Shown here piece by piece: positions 1 to 11,115 of a DNA stretch of 39,369 nt. The notes under the pieces are model-generated. The model was not told the DNA's origin and made no database searches. It saw only the letters and a list, made by a program, of their open reading frames with translations. Numbering within the stretch: the stretch's first letter is position 1; each line of letters opens with the position of its first letter. A program made the position numbers and the translations under genes. Origin of the DNA: Aquirhabdus sp. (lineage in GTDB: Bacteria > Pseudomonadota > Gammaproteobacteria > Pseudomonadales > Moraxellaceae); assembly GCA_030151145.1 (NCBI GenBank), contig JASLEL010000374.1:1-39369 (forward strand), read 5' to 3'.

Positions 1-1781
1 CTGGGTGTGGCGGTGGCTCAGGGGGCAGTGCGGCCCCAAGTCCGACGCCTATGCCCAGCCCGACGCCATCTCCGGGGCCGACACAGAGCCCTAGCCCGAA
101 TCCATCACCCACTCCGGCACCAAACCCGGCCCCCGCACCTGCGCCCACCACCACCAATACCCCGACCATCGCCAATGTGCCTGCGGGCTGGAGTGTCGGG
201 AAAATCGTGATCGGGCCGAACTATGTATTCAACGCCAATAACTATGCCAGCGTGCCTTATGTAGGCAATCAGTTCGATGTGTCTCTACCGATGTTTGACG
301 GTACATCCCTTCAGTATGCGGTGCAATCCATGACCGTCCAGATCAGCGGTGTCTCGGTGCCGATGTCACTGCTCCCGATTGATTCGCCACCGGAGAGCAT
401 CTGGCATACCATCGTGGATGTCACTAATGTGCCGAGCGGGACGTATCCGCTGACGATTACCATCGTCGATGCCAAGGGTAATACCGGTACGGTCACCAAA
501 AATGTCGTCATTGATCGTCCGCCGATACTGCAGATTACTGCGCCGGTCAATAATAATGCCGTGATCCTGAGTGCGACGAACCCCATCAGCTACAATGCAA
601 CCTGCACGGATGACTACCAGTGTGTCGGACTGGCCCTGACCGTCGTCGGGGATAAAACTGTGGCATCGGGCATTAACAGCCTGTCGGGTACACTGGATCT
701 GACACCTTATGATGGTAAAACCATCACCTTGCAATACACGGCGGCAGATAATGTCGGACAGCTCACGACGTCCAACATCCAGCTCACCGTTGATTTGAAT
801 GCCAATGCAAGTCTGGTCAAGACAGTCCCGGGCAATATCGTGGATACGGATGGTAATCGGGTGTTGTATACCGACAGTACCAATTCCAAACTTTATTTGA
901 ATGATTTAAGCAAGCAGACCACGACTCTGCTGTATACCCTACCAAATTCGAACGTGGTCTATAGCAATCCCACGCTGACCTCTGCCGGTGCGGCATGGGT
1001 AGTCTATAACGCCAAAACACTGCCGTTAGTGAATGAGCTGTACTCCTATGAAAATGGCAATCTGGTGGATCTTGGTCCTGGCGATGGCAGCAGTCTCGCG
1101 ACACAAGGGAACTACTTGATCTGGACGGGGACGCCGAGTACGTCATATACGCTCTATGAGCGCAATCTGGCGCAGGGGACCAATACCACGTTAGGTACCA
1201 ATGTCGGTAATACCCAGAACGCCGTTGCGGCCAATGGCGCCGTTGCCTATTGGATATCAACCCTGGTTATGACACCTTCCACCTATAAGCAGACCGTCTA
1301 TCTCGCTCAGGGTGGGACCTCACAGGTGGTGGGCACGGGTATTTATCCTGTAACAGATGGCACAAGTGTGATGTATATCAACGCTAATCCCAGTAGCACC
1401 AATGGCATTACGACACCAAGTACACTTTACTATGCAAACGGGACCAATCCACCCGTGACACTGGGATCGACGCTCGGCGGGACATACCTCATCAATAATG
1501 GCTGGATTGCATACAGCCTCAGTCAGAATGGGGTTGAGGAGGTCTGGCGGGGCACATCTCAGGGTACGAATACCCAATTAACCTTTTACGCGACGGGTGG
1601 CAGCGTCGAGGCACTGGATAGCACGGGCGCGGTGATATTGAGAGCCAATCATCATCGTTACTATGTGGCACCGAACAGCACCACACTGGTTGATCTGGGG
1701 GCGCCCATCGGTCGTGCGGTATTCATCTCTGGCAAGCTGTATGCCTATCTCAATGGCACGCTGTTGAGCATTGCGATTTAG
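1..1781 (+). CDS. Putative surface lipoprotein, 5'-partial: Pro/Thr stalk, Ig-like beta-sandwich domains, C-terminal beta-rich repeat region
   Basis: The frame of ORF 51..1781 stays open to the window edge. It reads [17 protein letters not shown], a lipobox-like G-C at nt 3-8 followed by a Gly/Ser and PSPTP/PAP linker. Ig-like motifs ([27 protein letters not shown]). Thr/Asn/Gly-rich. Followed by a terminator. Confidence 0.7.
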   Translation, partial: GCGGGSGGSAAPSPTPMPSPTPSPGPTQSPSPNPSPTPAPNPAPAPAPTTTNTPTIANVPAGWSVGKIVIGPNYVFNANNYASVPYVGNQFDVSLPMFDGTSLQYAVQSMTVQISGVSVPMSLLPIDSPPESIWHTIVDVTNVPSGTYPLTITIVDAKGNTGTVTKNVVIDRPPILQITAPVNNNAVILSATNPISYNATCTDDYQCVGLALTVVGDKTVASGINSLSGTLDLTPYDGKTITLQYTAADNVGQLTTSNIQLTVDLNANASLVKTVPGNIVDTDGNRVLYTDSTNSKLYLNDLSKQTTTLLYTLPNSNVVYSNPTLTSAGAAWVVYNAKTLPLVNELYSYENGNLVDLGPGDGSSLATQGNYLIWTGTPSTSYTLYERNLAQGTNTTLGTNVGNTQNAVAANGAVAYWISTLVMTPSTYKQTVYLAQGGTSQVVGTGIYPVTDGTSVMYINANPSSTNGITTPSTLYYANGTNPPVTLGSTLGGTYLINNGWIAYSLSQNGVEEVWRGTSQGTNTQLTFYATGGSVEALDSTGAVILRANHHRYYVAPNSTTLVDLGAPIGRAVFISGKLYAYLNGTLLSIAI

Positions 1782-1807
1782 ATCAATGCTGCTCAAGTTT
1801 AACGGAT

Positions 1808-1837
1808 AAAAAAGCCCCTCATATCGAGGGGCTTTTT
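1808..1837. terminator. Bidirectional intrinsic terminator
   Basis: aaaaaagcccctc-atatc-gaggggcttttt between convergent genes. Confidence 0.85.
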
Positions 1838-1856
1838 CAATTCAGGTTGGTGCTGG

Positions 1857-3350
1857 TTACTGTTTGATCACCTGAGCGGTGGTCGAGCTGACGTTATCAG
1901 GGACATTCAGACCGGTCTGATTGATCGCGCCGCCACCCAGTGCGGTGTAGAGATTGACCTGACTCAGGAGGTTCGATTCCTTGAGCGTGATCTGCGACTG
2001 CTGGGCGCTGTAGAGTGCAGTCTGGGCGACCAGCACCGAGACGTAGCTGTCTACACCAGCCTTAAAGCGGGCCTGCTCCAGATCGTAGTTGGTGGTGGTG
2101 GCATCGACCAGACGGCTCTGGGCCGCCAGACGGTCATCCAGTGTAGCACGGGTCGCGAGTACGTCAGCGACTTCGCGGAACGCGGTCTGGATCGATTTCT
2201 CATAGGCCGCCAGCGCCAACTTTTGGTTGACCTTGGCAGTATCCAGGTTGGCACGGCGCGCGCCACCATCAAAGATCGGCAGATTAATCGAAGGACCCGC
2301 TGACCACAGGAAGCTGCCGCTTGAGAACAGATCCGACAGGCTGCTGCTGGCATAGCCGACACTACCCGTCAGGCTGATGGTCGGGAAATACGCCGCGCGG
2401 GCAGCCGCGATATTGGCACCCGTGGCTTTCAGACTGAATTCGGTCTGGGCAATATCCGGACGATAGTGCAGAAGCTCGCTGGGCAGACCTGGCGTCAGAC
2501 CTTGGTTGACGGTGATCTGATCAACCGCGCCCTGTGGGATCAGCTCGCTGGGCACGCCTTGGCCGATCAGCAGCGCCATCAGGTTACGGTCTTGAGCGAC
2601 GGTGGTCTGATAGTTGCCGATGGCGAGCTTTGCATTTTCAACGCTGATCTGGGCCTGCTTGACCGCAGCCAGCGCAATGATCCCGGCCTTGAACTGCTTT
2701 TCGTTCAGGTCATAGGATTGCTGCTGGGCTTTTAGGGTTTGCTGGGCCAGCTTCAGTTGCTCTTGATCGAAGGCCAGTGCCAGATATTGCTGGGCGATCT
2801 GGCTGATCAGGCTGATTTGCTCGGTGGCCTGTGCGCTTTGGGTGGAGTAGAAACTTTGCAGTGCCGCATCTTTGAGGTTTGCAACGCGACCCCAGAAGTC
2901 CAGCTCATAGCTGGTCAGGCCGAGACCGGCTTTGTACTGGGTGGTGTTGTCGGATTTGTTGCCGGTCGTGGTCGAGCCGCCATTGACGCCGACAGTCGGG
3001 AACTGGGCGGCGCGTGAGATTTGATACTGGGCACGGGCATGCTCGACGTTGAGCACGGCGGTGCGCATGTCGCGGTTATTGTCGAGTCCGAGCTGGATCA
3101 ATTGCTTAAGCTTGGGATCGGTAAAGTACTCTTTCCAGCCTTGCGCGGCGATGGAGGAACCATTGCTAGCTGCACTCTGATCCAGCAGGGTCGGGTAGGC
3201 CGGGCTGGTCAGATTGCTGGCAGCCGCAGGATCAGGCTGACGCAGGAGGCTGGTGCAGCCGGACAAGGCCAGCGATGCCGCCAGTGCGCCGAGCACCAGT
3301 TTGCCATGAGCACGGGTAGGGGAAGGGAGACGAGTGTCTAGTGCGTTCAT
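1857..3350 (-). CDS. adeK: RND efflux outer membrane lipoprotein (OprM/AdeK family)
   Basis: Lipobox LSGC; motifs [46 protein letters not shown] overlap with the upstream RND gene. Confidence 0.85.
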   Translation of the reverse strand: MNALDTRLPSPTRAHGKLVLGALAASLALSGCTSLLRQPDPAAASNLTSPAYPTLLDQSAASNGSSIAAQGWKEYFTDPKLKQLIQLGLDNNRDMRTAVLNVEHARAQYQISRAAQFPTVGVNGGSTTTGNKSDNTTQYKAGLGLTSYELDFWGRVANLKDAALQSFYSTQSAQATEQISLISQIAQQYLALAFDQEQLKLAQQTLKAQQQSYDLNEKQFKAGIIALAAVKQAQISVENAKLAIGNYQTTVAQDRNLMALLIGQGVPSELIPQGAVDQITVNQGLTPGLPSELLHYRPDIAQTEFSLKATGANIAAARAAYFPTISLTGSVGYASSSLSDLFSSGSFLWSAGPSINLPIFDGGARRANLDTAKVNQKLALAAYEKSIQTAFREVADVLATRATLDDRLAAQSRLVDATTTNYDLEQARFKAGVDSYVSVLVAQTALYSAQQSQITLKESNLLSQVNLYTALGGGAINQTGLNVPDNVSSTTAQVIKQ

Positions 3351-6300
3351 TTTTCACTTTCCGTTGGTTGACTTGCACGATGTGCAGGCTTGGAGGAATG
3401 CGTGGTGTGAGGCGTGCTCTTGAAAGCACGGCGGACCCACAGATAAAACACCGGGATGAGGAAAATCCCGAAGATGGTGGCGGAGAGCATGCCGCCGATC
3501 ACGCCGGTACCGATCGCGTGCTGGCTGCCTGAGCCTGCACCAGCGCTGACCGCCAGTGGCAGTACGCCCAGAATGAAGGCCATCGAGGTCATGATGATCG
3601 GGCGCAGACGAATGCGCACTGCATGCATGATCGAATGCAGCAGGTCTTCGCCTTGCTCCTGCAGCTCAACCGCAAACTCGACGATCAGAATGGCGTTCTT
3701 GGCCGAGATCCCGATCACGACGAGCAGACCCACCTGCAGGTAGATGTCGTTGGCGAGGCCGCGGAACCAGGTTGCCAGCAGCGCACCCATCACACCGAGC
3801 GGTACGACCAGCATGATGGCAAACGGAATCGACCAGCTCTCATACAGTGCAGCCAGACACAGGAACACGATCAGCATGGACAAGGCGTAGAGCGCCGGAG
3901 CCTGAGAGCCGGAGATTTTTTCTTCCAGCGATAGACCCGTCCACTCAAAGCCGATGCCCTTAGGCAGCTTGGCGGCGATTTCTTCCATCGCTTTCATGGC
4001 ATCGCCCGTGCTCTTGCCCGGTGCGGCGTTACCCTGAATTTCGATGGAGGGTGCGCCGTTGTAGCGTTGTAGCTGGGGCGGACCATAGGTCCAGTTGCCT
4101 TTGGTAAATGCCGTCAACGGTACCATGTTGCCGGTCGAGCCGCGGACATACCATTTCGACAAGTCTTCAGGGTTCATCCGCGAGTCGGCATCCCCTTGCA
4201 GATAGACTTTCTTGATCCGGTTCTGGTCGATGAACTGATTGACGTAGGTGCCCCCCCACGCGGTCGAGATGGTGTTGTTGACATCGCCGATCGAGACACC
4301 GGTGGCACCGACCTGTGCATGGTTGACATCAAAGTTGTATTGCGGTGAGTCATCCAGTGCATTGGGACGCACGCCGGTCAGGATGCCTTTGTATTTCGGG
4401 TCGGTTGCCGCCATGCCGAGCAATTGATTGCGCGCGGCGATCAACTGGTCATGGCCCAAGCCCGCCTGATCCTCCAACTGCATGTCAAAGCCGTTAGCCA
4501 CCCCGAGCTCAATCACCGCTGGCGGCGGGAAGGCAAAGATCATGGCGTCTTTAAACTGTGACAGGGCTTTCATGGCCCGTCCTGCCAGCGCGCCGACGGT
4601 CTGCGCAGGTCCGGGACGCTGTGACCAGTCTTTTAAGCGGACGAAGACGATCCCCATGTTTTGACCGGTCCCGGCGAAGCTGAAGCCTGCGACCGAGAAC
4701 ACACCCTGCACCGTATCTTTTTCCTGATTCAGGTAATAGTTCTCGACTTGGGTGATGGTCCGCATGGCGCGTTCCTGTGTCGCACCGGTGGGCAGCACGA
4801 TCTGGGTAAACATGATGCCTTGGTCTTCATCCGGCAGGAATGACGATGGCAGACGCACGAACAGCAGGCCCAATACCAACAGGATCGCACCGTAGATGAT
4901 GGTGTAGCGACCGCTCTTGGCGAGCATTTTGCCCACGGTACTCTGGTATTTTTCGCTGCCGCGATTAAAGGTGCGGTTAAACCAGCCGAAGAAACCGCCT
5001 TTCTCATGGTGATCCGGATCGGGTGCCTTCAGGATCGTGGCACACAGCGCCGGCGTCAGGATCAGGGCGGTGACCACCGACAGACCCATGGCTGAGATCA
5101 GCGTGACGGCAAACTGACGGTAAATCACGCCGGTTGAGCCACCGAAGAAGATCATTGGCACGAAGACCGCCGACAGTACGACGCCGATCCCGACCAGCGC
5201 ACCAGTGATCTGATCCATGGAGTGGCGGGTGGCTTCTAGCGGTCCAAGCTTCTCCTCATGCATGACGCGTTCGACGTTTTCCACCACCACGATGGCGTCG
5301 TCGACGAGCAGACCGATGGCGAGCACCAGACCAAACATGGTCAGGGTATTGATCGAGTAACCAAAGAAATGCAGGATGCCGAAGGTGCCGAGCAGGACCA
5401 CCGGTACCGCAATGGTCGGAATCAGGGTCGCACGGAAATTCTGCAGGAACAGGTACATGACCAGAAACACCAGCACGATGGCTTCGATCAGGGTCTCGAT
5501 CACGTTTTTGATCGAGAGCTTGACCACGGGTGTCGTGTCATAAGGAATGACCACTTCGAGCCCTTTAGGGAAGGTGGCTTTGAGCTGATCCAGCTTGTCT
5601 TGTACTGCTTTGGCGGTATCCAGTGCATTGGCACCGGCCGCCAGCTTGATCGCGACCCCGGCGGCGGGATTGCGGTTGTAGCGGGCGACGGTCTCATAAT
5701 TTTCACCGCCCAGCTCGACGCGGGCAACATCACCCAGATGAACCTCGGCACCGCCGCTTGCGGTCTTGAGCAGGATCTTGCGGAAGTCTTCAGGGGACTT
5801 CAGCAGGCTCTGGGTCGTGACGGTGGCATTCAGCTCCTGTCCTGCGACGGCAGGTGCACCGCCCAGCTGACCGGCCGACACTGAGGCGTTCTGTGCCTGA
5901 ATGGCAGTGATGACGTCCGAGGTGGTGAGCTGGTAGTTATTCAGCTTGCCCGGGTCGAGCCAGATACGCATGGCGTACTGGGTCCCGAACACCTGAATAT
6001 CGCCCACACCCTGCACGCGGCTCAACGGATCAATCACATGGCTGACGACATAGTCGGCGACCGCATAGCGGTCCATGCTGCCGTCGGTTGAGATGAAGCC
6101 CAACACCTGCATGAAGGTCCGGCCGGATTTATTCACCGTGACGCCGAGCTGCTGTACTGATTGCGGCAGTAGGGTGATCCCGGCTTGCAGTTTGTTCTGC
6201 ACCTGAACCTGTGCGATGTCGGGGTTGGTCCCGGCTTTAAAGTACACAGTGACCGAGACCGCACCGCTCGATGAGCTGGTCGAGGACATGTAATACATGC

Positions 6301-6520
6301 CATCCAGACCTTTCATCTGCTGCTCGATGATCTGGGTGACGGTGTTCTCTACCGTCTGAGCCGAGGCACCGGGGTAGTTGGCGCTGATGGTGATGGTCGG
6401 CGGCGCGATACTGGGGTACTGCGCAACCGACATCCCGCGAATGGACAAGATCCCGCCCAGCATGACCAGAATGGCCAATACCCAGGCAAAGATGGGACGA
6501 TCAATAAAAAAACGAGACAT
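3347..6520 (-). CDS. adeJ: RND efflux inner-membrane transporter (AcrB/MexB/AdeJ, HAE1)
   Basis: [14 protein letters not shown] start; [35 protein letters not shown]; 1057 aa. Confidence 0.9.
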   Translation of the reverse strand: MSRFFIDRPIFAWVLAILVMLGGILSIRGMSVAQYPSIAPPTITISANYPGASAQTVENTVTQIIEQQMKGLDGMYYMSSTSSSSGAVSVTVYFKAGTNPDIAQVQVQNKLQAGITLLPQSVQQLGVTVNKSGRTFMQVLGFISTDGSMDRYAVADYVVSHVIDPLSRVQGVGDIQVFGTQYAMRIWLDPGKLNNYQLTTSDVITAIQAQNASVSAGQLGGAPAVAGQELNATVTTQSLLKSPEDFRKILLKTASGGAEVHLGDVARVELGGENYETVARYNRNPAAGVAIKLAAGANALDTAKAVQDKLDQLKATFPKGLEVVIPYDTTPVVKLSIKNVIETLIEAIVLVFLVMYLFLQNFRATLIPTIAVPVVLLGTFGILHFFGYSINTLTMFGLVLAIGLLVDDAIVVVENVERVMHEEKLGPLEATRHSMDQITGALVGIGVVLSAVFVPMIFFGGSTGVIYRQFAVTLISAMGLSVVTALILTPALCATILKAPDPDHHEKGGFFGWFNRTFNRGSEKYQSTVGKMLAKSGRYTIIYGAILLVLGLLFVRLPSSFLPDEDQGIMFTQIVLPTGATQERAMRTITQVENYYLNQEKDTVQGVFSVAGFSFAGTGQNMGIVFVRLKDWSQRPGPAQTVGALAGRAMKALSQFKDAMIFAFPPPAVIELGVANGFDMQLEDQAGLGHDQLIAARNQLLGMAATDPKYKGILTGVRPNALDDSPQYNFDVNHAQVGATGVSIGDVNNTISTAWGGTYVNQFIDQNRIKKVYLQGDADSRMNPEDLSKWYVRGSTGNMVPLTAFTKGNWTYGPPQLQRYNGAPSIEIQGNAAPGKSTGDAMKAMEEIAAKLPKGIGFEWTGLSLEEKISGSQAPALYALSMLIVFLCLAALYESWSIPFAIMLVVPLGVMGALLATWFRGLANDIYLQVGLLVVIGISAKNAILIVEFAVELQEQGEDLLHSIMHAVRIRLRPIIMTSMAFILGVLPLAVSAGAGSGSQHAIGTGVIGGMLSATIFGIFLIPVFYLWVRRAFKSTPHTTHSSKPAHRASQPTESEK

Positions 6521-6531
6521 CTTGCCGCTCC

Positions 6532-7794
6532 TTATCCATGAGTCGCTTTACTGTCAGTGGCAGCCGGTTTGGCTGTGCTGACAGGAGCATTGGCGGAAGC
6601 GGGTGCATTTGGATCACTTTCGATGGCTTTGACTTTGGCACCGGGTTTGGCTTTTTGCAGGCCTTCGACGATCACACGTTCACCATCCTGCAGACCATCG
6701 GAGACGATCCACAGATTGCCTTGGGTACCGGCAAGCGTGATGGTGCGCGGGCTGACCGTACCATCGGGTCCGACCACCAGCACATTGGCATTGCCTTTGG
6801 GATCATGACTCACGGCCTGCTGCGGGAGCAGGATGCCGTCATGCACGACGCCTTGGGCAAGGCGGGCTTTGACATACATGCCGGGCAGCAGGGTGCCGGA
6901 CGGGTTCGGGACGATGGCGCGCAGGATCACCGAGCCAGTGGTCTGATCGACGCTGGCATTGGAGAATTGCAGCTGTCCCTTGATTGGGTAGGTACTGCCG
7001 TCTTCAAGCGTGAGGGTAATGCTGGCGTTGTCGGATTTGCCCAGCGTGCCGGACTGGATTTGCTGGCGCAGTTTCAGCATATCGGCGCTGGACTGGCTGA
7101 TGTTGACATACATCGGGTCCATCTGCTGGATGTTGACCAGTGCCGTGGTCTGATTGGCGACCACCAAGGCACCCGGCGTCACGCTCGACACGCCGCTTTG
7201 TCCTGTGATCGGCGAGCGCACAGTGGTGTAGGCGAGATTGATCTGGCTGCTCCGTAAAGAAGCCTCACTGGAGGCCAGATCCGCCTCAGACAGCGCGATC
7301 TGCTGGAAGGCATTATCATACTCAAGCTTACTCACGGCGTTGCTGGCGACCAATGCCTGATAGCGCTGACCGGTGACTTTGAGTGCGGCAAGGTTGGCTT
7401 TGTTGCGCTGCACGGCTGCGGCTGCGGCATCGACACTGGCCTGATAGGTCGCAGGATCAATCTGATACAGCGGCTGACCTGCTTTGACCAGAGCACCTTC
7501 AGTAAACAGACGCTTGATGATGATGCCGCCAACTTGCGGGATCACCGGCGACAGCTGATAGGCATTGGTGCGGCCTGCCAGCTCTACGGTCTTATCGACG
7601 GCACCGCGATGGGCGACAGCGACGATGACTTCGGGGGGCGGCATGGCACCGGGCGCACCACCAGCGGCTTGGGCGTCTTTTTTACCACAGCCCGCAAGGC
7701 TAAGGCTTAAGCTTGCGCTCATGACCACAACCAGCGGCCAGCGTACAGATGTCAGGGTATGCGTGGGTTGCAAAGCAAAATGTCGCAGTTTCAT
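6532..7794 (-). CDS. adeI: RND membrane fusion lipoprotein (AcrA/AdeI)
   Basis: Probable start ATG at 7794 (GAGG Shine-Dalgarno); lipobox [40 protein letters not shown]. Confidence 0.85.
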   Translation of the reverse strand: MKLRHFALQPTHTLTSVRWPLVVVMSASLSLSLAGCGKKDAQAAGGAPGAMPPPEVIVAVAHRGAVDKTVELAGRTNAYQLSPVIPQVGGIIIKRLFTEGALVKAGQPLYQIDPATYQASVDAAAAAVQRNKANLAALKVTGQRYQALVASNAVSKLEYDNAFQQIALSEADLASSEASLRSSQINLAYTTVRSPITGQSGVSSVTPGALVVANQTTALVNIQQMDPMYVNISQSSADMLKLRQQIQSGTLGKSDNASITLTLEDGSTYPIKGQLQFSNASVDQTTGSVILRAIVPNPSGTLLPGMYVKARLAQGVVHDGILLPQQAVSHDPKGNANVLVVGPDGTVSPRTITLAGTQGNLWIVSDGLQDGERVIVEGLQKAKPGAKVKAIESDPNAPASANAPVSTAKPAATDSKATHG

Positions 7795-8281
7795 AACAAC
7801 CTCTTGTAATCGTAAAGCGCTTTTATGGGTGGGTGTCGGTGGCTGCTCAAATGGGTGCCAAGAACGATCATACCTCGTTGGCGTATGCGGGAGTACCATG
7901 GGCTGTATCATGATGTTTTTGCCTGACGTGGCAGGCAAGACACAAACACCTCGTCCAAAAAACAGATTTGAACAAACAGATCCATGACAGGTACATGATA
8001 GTGCGAAAGCGTGTAGACAATTTGATGACGTATCAGGTACAGAGCACGCTGCTGAATCATGTCGTATGCGCAGGCTGGCAGCATGCGCAATCTGTCGCTA
8101 CTCGCGATTCCCCCGAGGTGACACACCCGACCCAAGCGCTGATAAAGCTAAACTGAGCAGTTCTGTTTTGAAGAGTACTGCTTAGTACAAAACGGCGCAA
8201 GTGGTCTGTTCGGTTAAATTTCAAAACGTAACATTTTGTCGTGCTGATCAGCAAATTGTGTGTTTGCTGTCCTTGGATTTT

Positions 8282-8310
8282 ATTGTGTCAATCATTACAG
8301 AATAAGTCAA
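8282..8310 (-). promoter_or_regulatory. Candidate sigma70 promoter for the efflux operon
   Basis: Minus strand TTGACT-17 nt-CACAAT in an AT-rich patch. Confidence 0.45.
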
Positions 8311-8415
8311 ATATTTCTTGCATCGGTGGCTTGTCATGCATGCTTTAGAGGAGCTGCTCGCCTTGATGGCATGGTGCATGTCGGTCGATATGACATGTGC
8401 CATGCCGGCGTGTGA

Positions 8416-10710
8416 TCAATGTGCCGAGGTCGAATCGCGGGACGGTGCATCGCCGGGATCTGATGCGGCGGTTTGCGGTGCGCCATCGAGTGTGATGGGG
8501 TGTGTGGCTGCTGTATCCAGCGCGGCTGGGTTGGCTTTGGGTTGTACCGGTGTCGGCGGCAGTACAAAGTCGGTGGGCCGTGTCGACAGATGCCCCAGAA
8601 TCAGCTCGCCGAGTGGAATCCACTGTTTAAAGGCGATCTGGCGCGATTTGAGCGCGACGAACAACGCCAGCGAGAAACTAACCAAGAGGTTGGTCATCCC
8701 GATCAAGAGTACACCTAAAAAAGACACCGCGACAGTACCGATGTCGATATTGGCACGCAAGGTATAGACCGACTGGGCGAAATTGACCGAGGCAAAGGCG
8801 ATATGACGGATGTCGAGCGGCAGACCCAGAATATAGCCCAGTGTGCCCATGCTGCCGAGCATGACGCCAAACCAGAAATTACCCGCCAGCGCACCGAGAT
8901 TGTTCTCAATATAGTTGGTGACTTTGTCGAGACGCACCGGCGATAGCCAGCGCAGCAGGGTCGGGTGCTGGCGCAGGCGGGCACCGACGCCGTGATAGAC
9001 GGCGAGATTGTCATAGTAGCCTGCGATCAATCCCGACAGAAACAGACAGACCCCGGCAATGGCCGCATGCGGCACCGCCAGTGAGTGAAAGGGATTGATG
9101 TCATGCAGGAGGCCGACGGCTTTGGCGGGGGTCAGGAGCGGCTCAGGCAGCATCAGTTGCCAGAGAAAAGCAATCAGCGCCCCGACCGGCATGGCGACCG
9201 AGATATTGCCGATGATGGCGATGAACTGGGTGCGGATGATGTTGATGGTGAGGCGCGCCAGATCCGTGAGCTGATTCTGCTGGGCCTTACTGTCCTTGGT
9301 CTTGCTGTCTTTGTGGATGGTCGCGGCGATGGTGGCCGCGGTCATGGCGGGCTGCTTGGTCGCCACGGTAAAGTGCAGCACATGGATCAGCATGAAGCCG
9401 AACGAGTAGTTCATGCTTTGGGAGAAGGCTTTGACAATCGGCGCCAGAGTGAAGCGCCCGAGCAGGACCTTGATGGTCGCCATACAGGCGATGATGGCCC
9501 CTGCGCCCATGGCTGAGCGCAGCATCAGCAGATAGCCACGGCGGTTATCCGTCACATAGTGACCGCCGGTCTTGCTGGCGTGCTCGGTGACTTGCAGCGA
9601 CAGCAGCTCGGTATGGGTCGAGATGAGCTTGCGGATACTGGCGTGGTTTTTCTTTTCTTCGGTGAGCAGCTTGATCGTCGTCAGCAGCGGCGATACGGCG
9701 TAGCTGATGTCCTTGGCAGCGGCACTGCGGTCACGACCCTGACTTGCTTCTGCCACATCGGCGGCAAGGAAGGGGATACGCTGAAAGCTGAGCAGCAGCT
9801 CAAACAGCAGCTCCATGCGGGTCAGGGTCTGGTCGATGCGCAGCATGAGATTGGTCAGGCGGATGCTGACGCCATAGCGTTTGGTGTTGCGGCGTACACG
9901 GTGCAGCACGGTCCGGCACTGCTCGATCATGACTTCGGCGGGGCGCTCATCGGGATAGACCGGTGATGTCGGCGCATCAGGTCCGGTGTAGGCCTGATCG
10001 GCATAGAGCGGCTGATAGTGCTCGGTGAACTGGATGATCTCGCGGTTCTGCGCCATGAACGGCGACTCAAACTCCTCGATGGAGGGATCGATGCGCAACA
10101 GCTCCGGCTCAAGTCCCATCGCTGCGACACGATAAGACAGCACCATCAGGGCATTCAGCAGGTAATGCTGGGCATCGTGCAGCAGCTCGGGATCGGGTGT
10201 GGCGGATGCCAGTCCCTGAATGAGGCGAAACCACTGGGCATCGCTGATATGCGCCAGCCACACTTCATCCGTGCTCTTGTAAAACACGGCGTTAAACAAT
10301 CCCTCGATCCGGTAGTCGGCCTGCAGGGGTGGAATGACATGCCAGACCATCCGCTCCATGAGTGCGGAAAAAAAGCCTTCATTACCCAGAATGCCGATCT
10401 CGCTATAGAGCTGAGCAGGCGTATAGCTGCGCATCAGATTGAGCATGTATTGGGCCAGCACAGTGTAGCGCTGGGCATCCTGCGCCAGCAGGCCGAGCAG
10501 GACGTCAAAGCGTAGCTGTGTCTCATCAAGGTCACTGCTGGTCGCTGGACGTAATTGCTCGATCAGGTCGTAGAGCGGCTGGATCGACGGCTCAGGGCTC
10601 GTCATCTGCTGCGCCATGTCGTCGAGCAGCAGATACAGGGTTGCGCTCAGGTGATCCTGATCGGCACGCACCAGACGATGCGAAATCACCGCTAGGGTAT
10701 TTTGGGTCAT
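8416..10710 (-). CDS. Gcr-family ('site-specific recombinase', SpecificRecomb) membrane protein
   Basis: Family motifs SPFMAQNRE, HASKTGGHYVT, HFTVATKQPAMTAA, LGLPLDIRHIAF; multi-TM C-terminal half; likely start MTQN at 10710. Confidence 0.8.
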   Translation of the reverse strand: MTQNTLAVISHRLVRADQDHLSATLYLLLDDMAQQMTSPEPSIQPLYDLIEQLRPATSSDLDETQLRFDVLLGLLAQDAQRYTVLAQYMLNLMRSYTPAQLYSEIGILGNEGFFSALMERMVWHVIPPLQADYRIEGLFNAVFYKSTDEVWLAHISDAQWFRLIQGLASATPDPELLHDAQHYLLNALMVLSYRVAAMGLEPELLRIDPSIEEFESPFMAQNREIIQFTEHYQPLYADQAYTGPDAPTSPVYPDERPAEVMIEQCRTVLHRVRRNTKRYGVSIRLTNLMLRIDQTLTRMELLFELLLSFQRIPFLAADVAEASQGRDRSAAAKDISYAVSPLLTTIKLLTEEKKNHASIRKLISTHTELLSLQVTEHASKTGGHYVTDNRRGYLLMLRSAMGAGAIIACMATIKVLLGRFTLAPIVKAFSQSMNYSFGFMLIHVLHFTVATKQPAMTAATIAATIHKDSKTKDSKAQQNQLTDLARLTINIIRTQFIAIIGNISVAMPVGALIAFLWQLMLPEPLLTPAKAVGLLHDINPFHSLAVPHAAIAGVCLFLSGLIAGYYDNLAVYHGVGARLRQHPTLLRWLSPVRLDKVTNYIENNLGALAGNFWFGVMLGSMGTLGYILGLPLDIRHIAFASVNFAQSVYTLRANIDIGTVAVSFLGVLLIGMTNLLVSFSLALFVALKSRQIAFKQWIPLGELILGHLSTRPTDFVLPPTPVQPKANPAALDTAATHPITLDGAPQTAASDPGDAPSRDSTSAH

Positions 10711-11037
10711 AGGGACTCGTTGTGGGTGCATGGCGGGAAGCGAGGTGCCGTGCACGGTTTAATCAATACAGGTCGACTGGTCCAAGGGACCCGAAAAAAT
10801 GCTTAAAAAACACTGTAGAGGAATGCACCGGAACTGTCAGTAGTGCGATTCCGAATTTTTACAGAATAGAGGGGGTGAGGATGGGGTGGAAAATCAATAT
10901 TCAGATTATTATATTGATTTATATATATTTTGTTGGGTAAGTGGGTTGTGGGGAGAATTTGTTACACGATTTGTCGTTGTATCGCCGTTGTTGCAGAGAT
11001 CAGCGGGTTTTGTCAGTAAAGATGTCAGATCTGCAGA

Positions 11038-11070
11038 GATGTCGGCCATCTGGCGTGTGAGGCCGACATC
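11038..11070. terminator. Stem-loop downstream of ispB
   Basis: gatgtcggcc / ggccgacatc perfect 10-bp inverted repeat; no clear U-tract. Confidence 0.4.
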
Positions 11071-11115
11071 GCCCGGTCAGGTGGTATGCATCGTTAAACG
11101 TCCTGCGGCTAACGA

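Noticed and set aside
30..170. Short tandem repeats as a CRISPR array or VNTR
   Set aside because: Imperfect codon-level repeats encoding a Pro/Thr linker; no repeat-spacer structure.
8416..10710. Mobile element implied by the 'site-specific recombinase' family name
   Set aside because: No recombinase catalytic motifs, att repeats or cargo; it is a membrane protein in a housekeeping context.
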